This document shows, in pieces, positions 12,045-22,265 of a DNA stretch of 64,000 bases. The stretch is from Mustelus asterias. Lineage: Eukaryota. Below the pieces are notes generated by a model. That model saw only the letters and a list, made by a program, of their open reading frames with translations. It searched no databases and was not told the origin of the DNA. The translations under genes were made by a program, and so were the position numbers. Position 1 is the stretch's first letter. Every line of letters begins with the position of its first letter. The stretch lies in contig NW_027590120.1 of assembly GCF_964213995.1 (NCBI RefSeq), forward strand, positions 1,364,001 to 1,428,000, given 5' to 3'.

Positions 12045-13250
12045 ATGGAGAAACCGTGGAAATGTGGGGACTGTGTAAAAGGATTCAGATATCCATCTGC
12101 ACTGGAAACTCATCGACGCATTCACACCGGGGAGAGACGATTCAGCTGCCCTGTGTGTGGGAAGGGTTTCACTGTTTCATCGAACCTGCGCACACACCAT
12201 CTCACTCACACCAATGAGAGACCGTTTAAATGCTCTGACTGTGGGAGCGGATTCAAAAGCTCTGGAGAACTGGTGTCCCACCAGCGCATTCACACTGAGG
12301 AGAGACCGTTCAGCTGCTCTCACTGCTCAAAGAGATTTAAAACGTCATCCAGTCTGTGGGAACATCAGCGAGTTCACACTGGGGAGAGACCATTCACCTG
12401 CTCTGTGTGTGGGAAGGGATTCACTCAGTCATTCCACCTGCTCAGACACAATCTCACTCACACCAATGAGAGACTCTTTAAATGCTCTGACTGTGGAAAA
12501 GGATTCAAAAGCTCTGGTGAACTGGTATCCCACCAGCGCACTCACACTGAGGAGAGACCGTTCAGCTGCTCTCACTGCTCAAAGCAGTTTAGAACATCAT
12601 CCAACCTGCGGACACACCAGCGAGTTCACACCGGGGAAAGACCATTCACCTGCTCTGTGTGTGGGAAGGGATTCACTCATTCATCCAGCTTGCTGAAACA
12701 CAAAGTCACTCACAGCAATGAGAGACCCTTTAAATGCTCTGACTGTGGGAGCGGATTCAAAACCTCTGGAGAACTGGGGTCCCACCAGCGCATTCACACT
12801 GAGGAGAGACCATTCACCTGCTCTCACTGCTCAAAGAGGTTTAGAACATCATTCAACCTCTGGAGACACCAGCGAGTTCACACTGGGGAGAGACCGTTCA
12901 CCTGCTGTGTGTGTGGGAAGGGATTCAATCATTCATCGAACTTGCGCGCACACAATCTCACTCACACCAATGAAAGACCGTTTAAATGCTCTGACTGTGG
13001 GAGCGGATTCAAAAGCTCTCAGGAACTGATGATCCACCAGCGCATTCACACTGAGGAGAGACCGTTCAGCTGCTCTCACTGCACAAAGAGGTTTAGAACG
13101 TCATCCAACCTGCGGACACACCAGCGAGTTCACACTGGGGAGAGACCATTCCCTTGCTCTGTGTGTGGGAAGGGATTCACTCAGTCATCCAGCCTGAGGA
13201 ACCACAAAGCCACTCACTCCAAGGAGAGCCCCTTTAAATGCTCTGCCTGA
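12045..13250 (+). CDS. C2H2 (Kruppel-type) zinc-finger protein, 14 fingers, 401 aa
   Basis: ACCATGG start, MEKPWKCGDC..., 14 CxxC-x12-HxxxH fingers with TGERPF/TNERPF/TEERPF linkers. The exon acceptor is at 11702-11703 (TTACAG); the upstream part of the exon, 11704-12044, holds a remnant finger region interrupted by stops. Confidence 0.88.
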   Translation: MEKPWKCGDCVKGFRYPSALETHRRIHTGERRFSCPVCGKGFTVSSNLRTHHLTHTNERPFKCSDCGSGFKSSGELVSHQRIHTEERPFSCSHCSKRFKTSSSLWEHQRVHTGERPFTCSVCGKGFTQSFHLLRHNLTHTNERLFKCSDCGKGFKSSGELVSHQRTHTEERPFSCSHCSKQFRTSSNLRTHQRVHTGERPFTCSVCGKGFTHSSSLLKHKVTHSNERPFKCSDCGSGFKTSGELGSHQRIHTEERPFTCSHCSKRFRTSFNLWRHQRVHTGERPFTCCVCGKGFNHSSNLRAHNLTHTNERPFKCSDCGSGFKSSQELMIHQRIHTEERPFSCSHCTKRFRTSSNLRTHQRVHTGERPFPCSVCGKGFTQSSSLRNHKATHSKESPFKCSA

Positions 13251-13632
13251 GAGGCCGGCTTCAGAAGCTCTCAGGAACTGATGATCCCCGAGCACATTCA
13301 CACCGGGGAGAGGCCGTTCAGCTGCTCTCACTGTTCAAGGAGGTTTAGAATATCATCAACACTGCTGAAACACCAGTGAGTTCACACCGGGGAGAAACCA
13401 TTCACCTGCTCGGTGTGTGCGAAAGGATTTACTCAGTTATCCAGCCTGCCCAGACACAACATCATCACCCCCAGGAGAGACCCTTTAAATGTGGGCGTGG
13501 CTTCAAAAGCTCTCGGGAACTAATGTCCCACCAGTGAGTTCACACCAGGCAGAGGCTGGTCACCTGCTCTGACTGGGAAGGGATTCACTCAGTCAGCAAA
13601 CTTGGTGAAACACCAGTGAGTTCACAAGTGAT
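13251..13632 (+). pseudogene. Degenerate continuation of the zinc-finger array (about 4-5 dead fingers) after the premature TGA
   Basis: The same finger and linker sequence continues (CACACCGGGGAGAGGCCGTTCAGCTGC...) with CGA>TGA stops and indels. Confidence 0.8.
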
Positions 13633-14309
13633 TACAGTTCTGGGATTATTCTTGTGAATCTTTCTTGCCCCTTCTCCAGTGCCTCTATTTCCTTTTTCTA
13701 AATGGTAAATTGCACTGTTGGTAAATTTGAGATATTTTTACTCATATTACTATGAGATCAAGTCCAATCATTCCCCGATCCCATTCACACAAACCCGCAG
13801 ATCTCTCAGGAGAACAAGGTCATCAATCTGTATTTTAAATGCTCCAGATCAGTTAACTGTGTGACAGACCACACCTTTCAAAAGTGATTAAATATCAAAG
13901 GCAGACTCAGAGTTGTCACATGTTGAAGTTGCTGGGTGAATAATATTGACTGACTGAAATGTTTTCCCAGTCGAACCGCATCTCAATTCTGAGTTGGGTG
14001 ATTACTTTTTCCCGGTGTACTTAAAACGGTATCTATTAATTATCCTCTTGCACTGGGCACTCAGTACTTGTGCATTAGACAGACGTCAAACTATCGGCAT
14101 CATTTTTCAGCTTAATTCGGGGAAAGATCGACCTAAAGAAATATACTGACATTGAGTTTGAAGGAAAGAGAGTTGAACCGAGAAAGAGACAGAATGACTG
14201 ATAATGTGACAGAGAACAAGAGGATGAGAAAGACGCACTCAGCCTGGGCTACAATTTGATTGGAGAAAGCCAGCTGCACTTCGTCGTCAACTAACAGTGA
14301 TAGGTCCAA

Positions 14310-14473
14310 AGCTAACGTCATCTCAGGCAGACTAGCCAATCGCAGCACTGAGAAACGCCCGCCAGTTTCCCAATAATTGCAGTTGCCTCTGATCTAAGTT
14401 GACTCTGTGATATAAGAATAGAAGCAGCAACATAGTTTCAACAGTGTCGCTGTTTACTATCCAATCAGGAACC
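14310..14473 (+). promoter_or_regulatory. Putative promoter of TCR V segment 1
   Basis: CRE-like TAACGTCA at about 14313-14320, CCAAT boxes at about 14336 and 14461, TATA-like GATATAAG at about 14409. Confidence 0.5.
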
Positions 14474-14909
14474 ATGTGTTCCCTGTGTGCTTTACTGATA
14501 ATAGTGCCCATGCTGCCCGGTGAATCTGAGCTCAGATCCTCAGTGTGTGTTTCATCGGTTATATTCACTCAGATTTCACACACATTCTATATGTTGTTAC
14601 AGGAACCAATGGCCAAGATTCAGTTTTCCAGGACCTGCCCGAATTCACGGTCCAGGAAGGACAGACGGTAATATTGAACTGCAATTTCACAACAAAATAC
14701 ACTGGCGAGACTCTCTTCTGGTACATTCAATATCCCGGGGAAGCTCCGAGATATTTACTGAAGAAATACGGCAAGGGACAGGGGGATAAGTCTCCAGATT
14801 TTCCTGACCGGTTTTCAGCTGAATTGGCCCAAGACAAGAGAACAGTTCCTTTAACTATCACCGGGGTCCATGTCTCTGACTCTGCCGTGTATCACTGTGC
14901 GCTGAGCCC
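14474..14909 (+). CDS. T-cell receptor alpha/delta-type V gene segment (V1), germline and open
   Basis: Leader exon 14474-14519 (MCSLCALLIIVPMLP-G), 83-nt GT-AG intron, V exon 14603-14909 GTNGQDSVFQ...VILNC...LFWYIQYPGEAPRYLL...DSAVYHCALS. The conserved Cys, Trp and Cys are present. Confidence 0.9.
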
Positions 14910-14948
14910 CACACTGCTACAGAGGCACAGTCAGCCCGTACAAAAACC
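14910..14948 (+). promoter_or_regulatory. 23-bp-spacer recombination signal sequence of V1
   Basis: Heptamer CACACTG 14910-14916, spacer of exactly 23 nt, consensus nonamer ACAAAAACC 14940-14948. Confidence 0.93.
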
Positions 14949-15411
14949 GGCAAAGGCACTCTCGCCTCCTCTTACTGAATCAGATCTGTGAACTGCATTG
15001 TGGATTTGTAATTTGTAATTTAACCCAAATCATATAAAGACCAGCTTGGCAGAATTCTTCCTTTCTGTGCTACACAATGAGTCATTATACATCAAAGCTC
15101 TCTTTATATCGGCGGCGAGGGTTTTTTCATTTTCAGCGAGCAGCTCTTAATGGAAAACTCCAACCATGATAACACAACTATTTAAACTATTACCCATTAC
15201 ATACACGTCCAATTTAAAGATTGACGCTGTTAATGAAACCATATTGAGTTTAATACTCTAATTATTCTCTACCCCACAGAGCAGTGGTTGTGCAGTCGCT
15301 GGGTTTATTTAGAACCGATGTTAATAGATTTGTGGATATTAAGAGTAAAATGGGACTTCGGGTAGTGCAGGAAGGTGGTGATAAATAGACAGGTAGACAG
15401 AAGGGACATGT

Positions 15412-15694
15412 CCTCTTTTTAGGTCAAACCAAACCAAGTAAACAAACTCAGATTAAATCAGGACAAAGTAAAAGGGGCAGCTCCCCAAAAAGGAGGGGGA
15501 ACAGCCCGAACAGAAATCAAAGCACAAAGGAAACTTAAAAAACATCAAATTAAAATGTGATTATTAGGGTCAATAATGCACCCCAACCCCTGCGGTGCCC
15601 AGCGGGCGCGGAAAGCGTCAACCTCGCCCGTGGACACCACATGCTCCCTCTCCAGGGACACCTGGCCGCGAACGTAGCCGCGGTAGAGGGGTAC
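15412..15694 (-). mobile_element. 3' end of a Tx1-like non-LTR retrotransposon with target-site duplication
   Basis: PLYRGYVRGQVSLEREHVVSTGEVDAFRARWAPQGLGCII resembles Tx1-type ORF2 C-termini. It is flanked by the direct repeat AAGGGACATGT at 15401-15411 and 15695-15705. Confidence 0.65.
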
Positions 15695-15950
15695 AAGGGA
15701 CATGTTCCAAAGGCAAAGTGGCCACTGCTGGTCTTTCATCTGCCCAGCTCACTGACGTCACAAACTACGTGTTGATTGGATGAAATATGGGACAAAGGAG
15801 CAGTGAACCGATTGGTTGTCACCTGTCGCTCTGTCAGGAATAGACCAATCGGGTTGCCGGACCGGATGTCACTGCACATCTTCTGAACTCTTACCTAAAA
15901 CTATTGAGCTCAAACTCACTGAGTTCAGATCCAGCATCAGCTCTGTGAAC

Positions 15951-16505
15951 ATGTTGGGACCTTTTACTCATTCTTCACAGCTACTGGTCTCCTAACTGGG
16001 AGCTCCTAAGTTAAACAATTATCTGTTGTTAATGTTACTCACAGAGTATTTTTACTTTTAACCGTGTGCTTCCTGCATCTACAATATATTCTGTTAATTT
16101 GATAATCTTGGTTGTAATAAAATGATAACAAAATGTTCTCTATTTCTGAAATAGGACAGATATTCCTGCTGCAGACTCGGTCGCACAGGGGCCGGTTACA
16201 GCGACACAGTTCGAAGGCGACTCTGTGATCATCAATTTCAGCTATTCCACCACTGCTACTTTCTACTCATTGCAGCTATACCGTGAGAATCGGGACAAAG
16301 CTCCCTCGCTCTTAAGCTACATTCCACTTGTTGGGGAAGCTTTCAGAGCAGAGGGTATAGGAATTCGATTTTCTTCATCTTTAGACACTTGAAAAAATGA
16401 GGGGAATTTGACTATCCGTGAGCTGCGGCTGATTGACAGCGCGATGTATTTCTGCGGACTGAGATGTACAGTGACAGGAAGCTGAGGGACCCTCGTACAA
16501 AAACA
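15951..16505 (+). pseudogene. TCR alpha/delta-type V pseudogene (V2) with defective 23-RSS
   Basis: Perfect CRE TGACGTCA at 15753-15760 upstream. Broken leader from ATG 15951. V exon from 16160: DSVAQGPV...VIINFSYST...LQLYR...LDT*KNEGNLTI...DSAMYFCGLR (first Cys>Phe, Trp>Leu, TGA 16390-16392). RSS TACAGTG 16467-16473, 23-nt spacer, ACAAAAACA 16497-16505. Confidence 0.88.
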
Positions 16506-17623
16506 CTTCCGCAATGTGACAGGGTGTGTGGGATAGGGGCAGGGTGGGGAGAAACCTTGTCTTTCTAACCTATCAGCAGAATGTGCTGGTTTCAAATAAA
16601 TGTCAATAAATTCCAAGCCGAGAGTAACAGATTTGGGGAAGTTTTCCGCTATTTCATTTACATCAAACACATTTCGGACATAATCCAAACTGTCTGAGAG
16701 AATTTACACAATTTTGTAAAATTTGCAATATAGACATGGGCATGGCCTGAGACCAGTAACAACCAGCAGCGTCTCTAATAGTTTACAAGGCAAGTAAAGT
16801 TGAAGGAAGGAGACAACCCGAGTGTAATATAAACAGGCACCGGATCCAGTGACATTAGGACAGACATATGGGCTCAGTGTAGTAATAGCTGAGACACTAG
16901 TTTGTGCCCTGTGAGAAGAGGCATGGTCTAGACAGTTGTTAGCCAAGGCATGGCCTTGTGTATTCGAAAAAAGGAGATTATCTAATAAAATAATACATGA
17001 AACATAGTTTAATGTTACAATAGCAAAAAAAGAGCATAAAGTATTATAAATAGAGATAAAGTTCAGTACAGCACTTATACCGAACAACGCAATTATTTAA
17101 TGATAAGACAGCTTTGGTGTAATCTTTTGAATTTCTTGCAAAAGTAATTCCTGAACAATAATGTTCTGAACTGAACTGAACATCACGGGGATGTTCTGAA
17201 CTCTCCCACATGGTGGCAGCAAACGCTCAGAATCTGCTGACATCGCAGCGCAATGTTTGGTTAATATTTTCATGTTATTTCACACTGAAGGACAATTAAC
17301 ACGTTTCATTTAATTATCAACATTTTCACCTGATGTAACCCGTCTCCATTGCGGATGATATTTTAAACCGAGTGTTACTTTCCTTTTAACACATTTCACT
17401 GCATCGACAGAGCGGCAGGAGTTTGTGTTGTTCATGGTGGGCAGCAAATGTCGCAACCACGCAGTAAATGTAATAACCATGTAAAATCCCACCGTTTCTG
17501 GTGGGATTTCTGCTGATTGATCTTGGGATGTGTGCGCAGGAAACTATTGATGTGCCAGTGTGTGTGACCGGCTGTTATAAACAGCCCTCAGCAAAAACGG
17601 GCTGTGACCCAGAAACCTGTGGC

Positions 17624-17966
17624 CGTTTTTGTACGAGGACTAAACTCGTTCCCATCTCCGCGAGACTCTGTGCACGGTAATAGACCGCGGTGTCAGACAG
17701 CCGCAGATCCACGATTGTCAATCGGTACAACTTGTCTGACTGTTGGACTCTATCAGAAAACCGGTTCTGAGCGAAATCTGCTTTGAATTCAGAACTGCCG
17801 CCAGTGTCCCTGCGGACTGCAAACTCGGTCTGCCTGCCTGGGTACTGACGGTACCAGAATCAATAATCGGTATTGTCGGTAAAGGTGCAGCTTAAAGTGA
17901 CATATTTTTCCTCTGGCGGTGTGAGTGAGGAATCCCGCTGAGTAACAGAATCTCCATCGCTCTGAT
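17624..17966 (-). pseudogene. Inverted TCR alpha/delta-type V pseudogene (V3) with degenerate 23-RSS
   Basis: Minus-strand V exon 17966-17663: DGDSVTQRD...VTLSCTF...DY*FWYRQYPG...RFS...LTIVDLRLSDTAVYYRAQS (TGA 17862-17860, second Cys>Arg). Heptamer CGCGGAG 17662-17656, 23-nt spacer, nonamer ACAAAAACG 17632-17624. Possible degenerate leader at 18140-18083. Confidence 0.88.
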
Positions 17967-19277
17967 CTGGAACACATGGTTAAAAAAACGGAAATAATCA
18001 ACTGAACTGAACTGAAAGTGACAATTAGTGGTCAGTATTACATTGAAAAAAATGGAGTTCAGACCTTTGAAAAAAAACTTGCCACAAAATTGATCTGTGT
18101 CGGTATTACATCCGAAAGAGCGTAATTCGCCTGACTTCATCTCACTCAGAGTTTTCATCCATTTCTTTCTCCATCATCTCTATATTTGGCTTCCCTTGTG
18201 GTAATGATGTACAGATTATAAACACACGCTGTGTAGGGAGACATGTCCACAATGCCCTTTTGCATCCATTTGGACCATTACATTTATCATATTCAATGAT
18301 CCAGAAGTGAAAACAACTCTGCAGCACTAACCTATTAACCACCTTTCAATCACATTTGAAGACCTCTGTCAGGCTGTCCCTCCAGCGTCGCTTTGCGAGA
18401 TCAAATAACCTCAGCCAGCACAACTATTTCTGATAGCTATTTCATGTCACTTGCGGTATCACCTTCGAAAAGATTTTTTCTCATTAACTCCTGTGCCTTT
18501 ACATCTTTTCCTAACAATCCTCATGTGGTCGGAACACGTTTCAATACAAGTGTTAAATAGACTATTCACTTTTCAAATCCAATTCTCTGAAATTAATCTT
18601 AGAAGTTTTAAATTTCTCACCGACGCTGAAAGCTGCCCAGAGCACAGCGAGAACGGGGATCCACATCGCTGCTGCTGTGTCAGAACGGTGCAGAATAGAG
18701 ATTTGCAAAAGAGCAAATGTCACCTGCTGCACGACAACACAGACTCAGACCACATTTCTGATGTCACTTCCTGCAGGGTGTCACACGGATGGAGCTATCG
18801 GAGTTGCCTCTCACCAATTTGATGTTTCTTAACCAGGGGTACGTGTTTATATAGAGGAACGCAAACATAACGCCATATCCCACTGATCATCGGTAAAGGT
18901 TTCTGAGTGCAGACAGCTGGATATCCAAGATATATAAGCGGGAAAATCACAAATATGCGCTCCCACACTAACACAACAAAAGCGATAATTCAACGACCAC
19001 CTAAAGATACAATGACCAGCAAAGGTCTATGAAGTGACGTATAAGAGCTAGTAAAAGGGATTATGAAAGGAGACTTGCAAAGCAGATCGAGATCAATAAG
19101 ATAAATATTGGTTACATAAAGGAAAAGAGGGGATCAGGAGCAATTTCAGTCCATTGGAGACTGAAAGTGGTGATATTGTTATTGACTGTGGGAAAAGGGG
19201 ATCCGTAGTTGCCCTTTAGAATATGGCGCTGAGCTGCTGACTTGCACCGCTGCTGTCCGAATTACACAAATAGAAAT

Positions 19278-20592
19278 AGTAAGTAATCTCACAGCACCAG
19301 GTTAAAGTCCAACAGGTTTATTTGGTAGCACGAGCTTTCGGAGCGTTGCCCCTTCATCAGGTGAGTGAAGAGTTCCGTTCACAAACAGGGCATGCATAGA
19401 CACAAACTCAATTACAAGATCGTGATTGGAATGGGAATCTTAACAGGTTATCAAGTCTTCACCGGTGCGGACAATGTGAGTGGAGGGAGGGTTAAGCACA
19501 GGTTAAAGAGATGTGTATTGTTTCCAGACAGGACAGTTAGTGAGATTTTGCAAGCCCAGGCAAGTCGTGGGGGTTACAGATAGTGTGACATGAACCCAAG
19601 ATCCCGGTTGCGGCCGTCCTCATGTGTGCGGAACATGGCTATCAGTCTCTGCTCAGCGATTCTGCGTTGTCGTGTGTCATGAAGGCCGCCTTGGAGAACG
19701 CTTACCCGAAGATCAGAGGCTGAATGCCCTTGACTGCTGAAGTGTTCCCCGACAGGTAGGGAACTCTTCTGCTTGGTGATTGTGGAGCGGTGTCGATTCA
19801 TCCGTTGTTGTAGCGTCTGCATGGTCTCCCCAATGTATCATGCCTCGGGGCATCCTTTCCTGCAGTGTATCAGGTCGACAACGTTGCCGAGTCGCAAGAG
19901 TAGGTACCGTGTACCTGGTGGATGGTGTTCTCACGTGAGATGATGGCATCCGTGTCGATGATCCGGCACTTCTTGCAGCGGTTGCTGTGGCAGGGTTGTG
20001 TGGTGTCGTGGTCACTGTTCTCCTGAAGGCTGGGTAGTTTGCTGCGGACAATGGTCTGTTTGAGGTTGGGCGGTTGTTTGAAGGCAAATAGTGGAGGTGT
20101 GGGGATGGTCTTGGCGAGATGTTCGTCTTCATCGATGGCATGTTGAAGGCTCCGGAGAAGATGTCGTAGCTTCTCTGCTCCGGGGAAGTACTGGACGACG
20201 AAGGGTACTCTGTCTGTCATGTCCGGTATTTCTCTTCTGAGGAGGTCTGTGTGGTTCTTCACTGTGGCGTGTCGGAACTGTCGATCGATGAGTTGAGCAC
20301 CATATCCTCTTCTTACGAGGGCGTCTTTCAGCGTCTGTAGGCGTCTGTTGCGATCCACCTCATCTGAGTAGCAAACTATCTAGCCTTCAGGAGAACAGTG
20401 ACCACGACACCACACAACCCTACCATAGCAACCTCTGCAAGACATGCCGGATCATCGACACGGATGCCATCAGCTCACGTGAGAACTCCATCCACCAGGT
20501 GCATGGTACATACTCTTGTGACTAGGCCAACGTAGTCTATCTGATAGGCAGCAGGAAAGGATGGCCCGAGGCATGGCAGATTGGCGAGACCG
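19278..20592 (-). mobile_element. Penelope element (GIY-YIG 3' region and terminus) with an inverted 5' segment (20370-20592, plus)
   Basis: DRVPFVVQYFPGAEKLR...AFKQPPNLKQTIVRS...PCHSNRCKKC...MQTLQQRMNRHR...LPVGEHF...RRIAEQRLI. The segment 20370-20592 is an inverted duplicate of the internal region, a configuration typical of Penelope insertions. Confidence 0.9.
19329..19363 (-). ncRNA. Minimal hammerhead ribozyme motif in the Penelope terminus
   Basis: Reverse complement CAC-CUGAUGA-A-GGGGC-AAC-GCUCC-GAAAGCUC-GUG: intact core, stem II, palindromic AGCU stem III and a UC cleavage site. Confidence 0.7.
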
Positions 20593-20725
20593 TGGTTCGA
20601 ATTGGAACTTTCCACTGCGGGCAAACGGTGGTTGTTGAAAACACGGAGAGCCCGGATGCCGCTCTGTATTACTGTGCGATACAGCCCACACTGAGAGGAA
20701 AGACGCTAGTCACTGTACAAAAACC
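20593..20725 (+). pseudogene. 3' remnant of TCR V segment (V4) with intact 23-RSS
   Basis: ...VVVENTESPDAALYYCAIQ followed by CACACTG 20687-20693, a 23-nt spacer and ACAAAAACC 20717-20725. The 5' part is replaced by the Penelope insertion. Possible orphan leader at 18789-18838 with CRE-like TGATGTCA at about 18759. Confidence 0.85.
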
Positions 20726-21009
20726 TCACGCCTGTTTTCAGTTGCTGCCGCAATCCCACAGATAGTACAGCAGGCAATAGCTGCCAGAACCAGAGCAGGA
20801 AATGGAGCATATGAGCGGGGTTGCCCGGGGCTTTGCAATTCCCGACAGCGACTTTACTTTTCTCACACATATTGACAGTCATGATGTAACTCATCCGATT
20901 GAAGAAACAGTCGCTCAGTGAGTGTGGGCTTTATGGTGAGGAAATCATCCGCATTCTTTAATTTAAGCATGATACTCCACTGTCTCGAATCAGACATTTG
21001 GTCTATGGC

Positions 21010-21785
21010 CAAATACAGAAAGACCTGGACAATATTCAGGTTTGGACTGATAAGTGGAAGCAACGTTCAGGTCACACAAGTTCCAGGCAATGACCATCTC
21101 CAAAAAGAGAGGACCTGATGAACTTTCCTTGATATTCAAAGGCATTACCATCGCTGAATCCTCCCCCTGCTCTCCCCTTCCTCTCCCCCACCCCCAACAA
21201 CATCCTGGGAGTTGACCGAAAACTGAACTGGACCGAGGAATATGAATATCGTGGCTACCGGAGCCGATCAAAGGTTAGGAATCCTGTGGTGAGTAAATCG
21301 CCTCGTGACTCCCGAAAGCCTGTCCGCCACCTACAAGGTGCAAGTCAGGGGTGTAAATGGAATGCTCCATACTTGCTGGATCAGTGCAGCTCCAACAACA
21401 CTCATTATGCTCGACCAGATACAGGACAGGGCAGTCCGCGTGATTGCTAACCATTCCATAAACATCTCTTCCAGTCACCACCGACGAACAGTGGCAGCTG
21501 TGTGTAATATCTACGGATATACTGCAGCAACTCAACAAGGATTTTTAGGCAGCACAATCCGAACACATGAACACTGCCATGTAGGAGGACAAGGGCAGCT
21601 TTCACATGGGAACACCTCAATCTAGCGGTTCCCTTCCAATTATTCCACATCCTTACTTTGAAATATATCGCTGTTCCTTCACGGTCAATGAGTCAACACC
21701 CTGGACTCCCTCACTAACAGCACAGTCGGTGTACCTGCACCTCGGGACCGCAACGCTTCAAGAAGGCAGCTCACTACCACACAAT
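21010..21785 (+). mobile_element. Degraded non-LTR retrotransposon 3' fragment; the same family occurs at about 57060-57450 and 62220-62800
   Basis: DLDNIQVWTDKW...LSATYKVQVRG...LDQIQDRAVRVI...HRRTVAA resembles a LINE RT C-terminal region. Confidence 0.7.
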
Positions 21786-21790
21786 ACACC

Positions 21791-22265
21791 ACGGATTGTC
21801 CCGGATTTACAATAACAGTCGTGTTGCTGGGTAAGTCTCTGTGGCAGTTATTCTACATCTCATTTGTTAAATACGGCAACAGATTTTGATCCGTTTTGCA
21901 TTTCGTTTCAGGAACGAGTGCCGAGGAGTCGGTGTCCGTGGGCTCATTTGAGTTAACGATGCTGAAAGAACAGCCTGTAATTTTCTGCCATACTTACTCC
22001 ACTTCTGAGTCCATCCTCAGCTCATGTTTTTTTGTTTACTACATAAATTGCGGCATGGGAAAATCAGCAATATTCCAGCCCCCACTGTCCAAACCCCCTG
22101 CCAGCAGAAAGCACTGGATATTTTGCTCTGTGTGTTTTCTTAGAAATGGTGAAGAGTAAATATTCAATATTTTGATTGATACCCAGTTCCGTTCACATTC
22201 AACAATAACTTGATTTCGGAAACATCGGAGCAGTGAGTTTTGATAATGTTTCTGCCCCGTGACAG
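21791..22265 (+). pseudogene. 5' part of TCR V pseudogene (V5), truncated
   Basis: Leader 21791-21830 starts ACG instead of ATG (-DCPGFTITVVLL-G), GTAAGT donor, 81-nt intron. V exon from 21912: GTSAEESVSVGSFELTMLKEQPVIFCHTYSTSES. No recognisable YYC or RSS; the sequence joins the tRNA-Leu unit at about 22266. Confidence 0.65.

Noticed and set aside
12157-13029. Alternative-frame ORFs of 179 and 103 aa over the zinc-finger gene
   Set aside because: Shadow frames of a repetitive ZNF array, with no independent evidence.
16715-17086. Possible solo LTR (TG...CA, AATAAA) between V2 and V3
   Set aside because: No clean target-site duplication and no second copy in the window.
17545-17600. RSS-like string (TGTGCCAGTGTG...GCAAAAACG) as a possible D or J segment
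   Set aside because: There is no CAC heptamer at 12- or 23-nt spacing and no FGxG J motif. No D, J or C segment was recognised anywhere in the window.
14474-20725. Assignment of the V segments to NAR-TCR, IgNAR or IgH-like classes
   Set aside because: V1 has a leader, a full CDR2 region and no extra CDR1 cysteine. The framework motifs and CRE-type promoters fit ordinary TRAV/TRDV better. Finer assignment needs a phylogeny.
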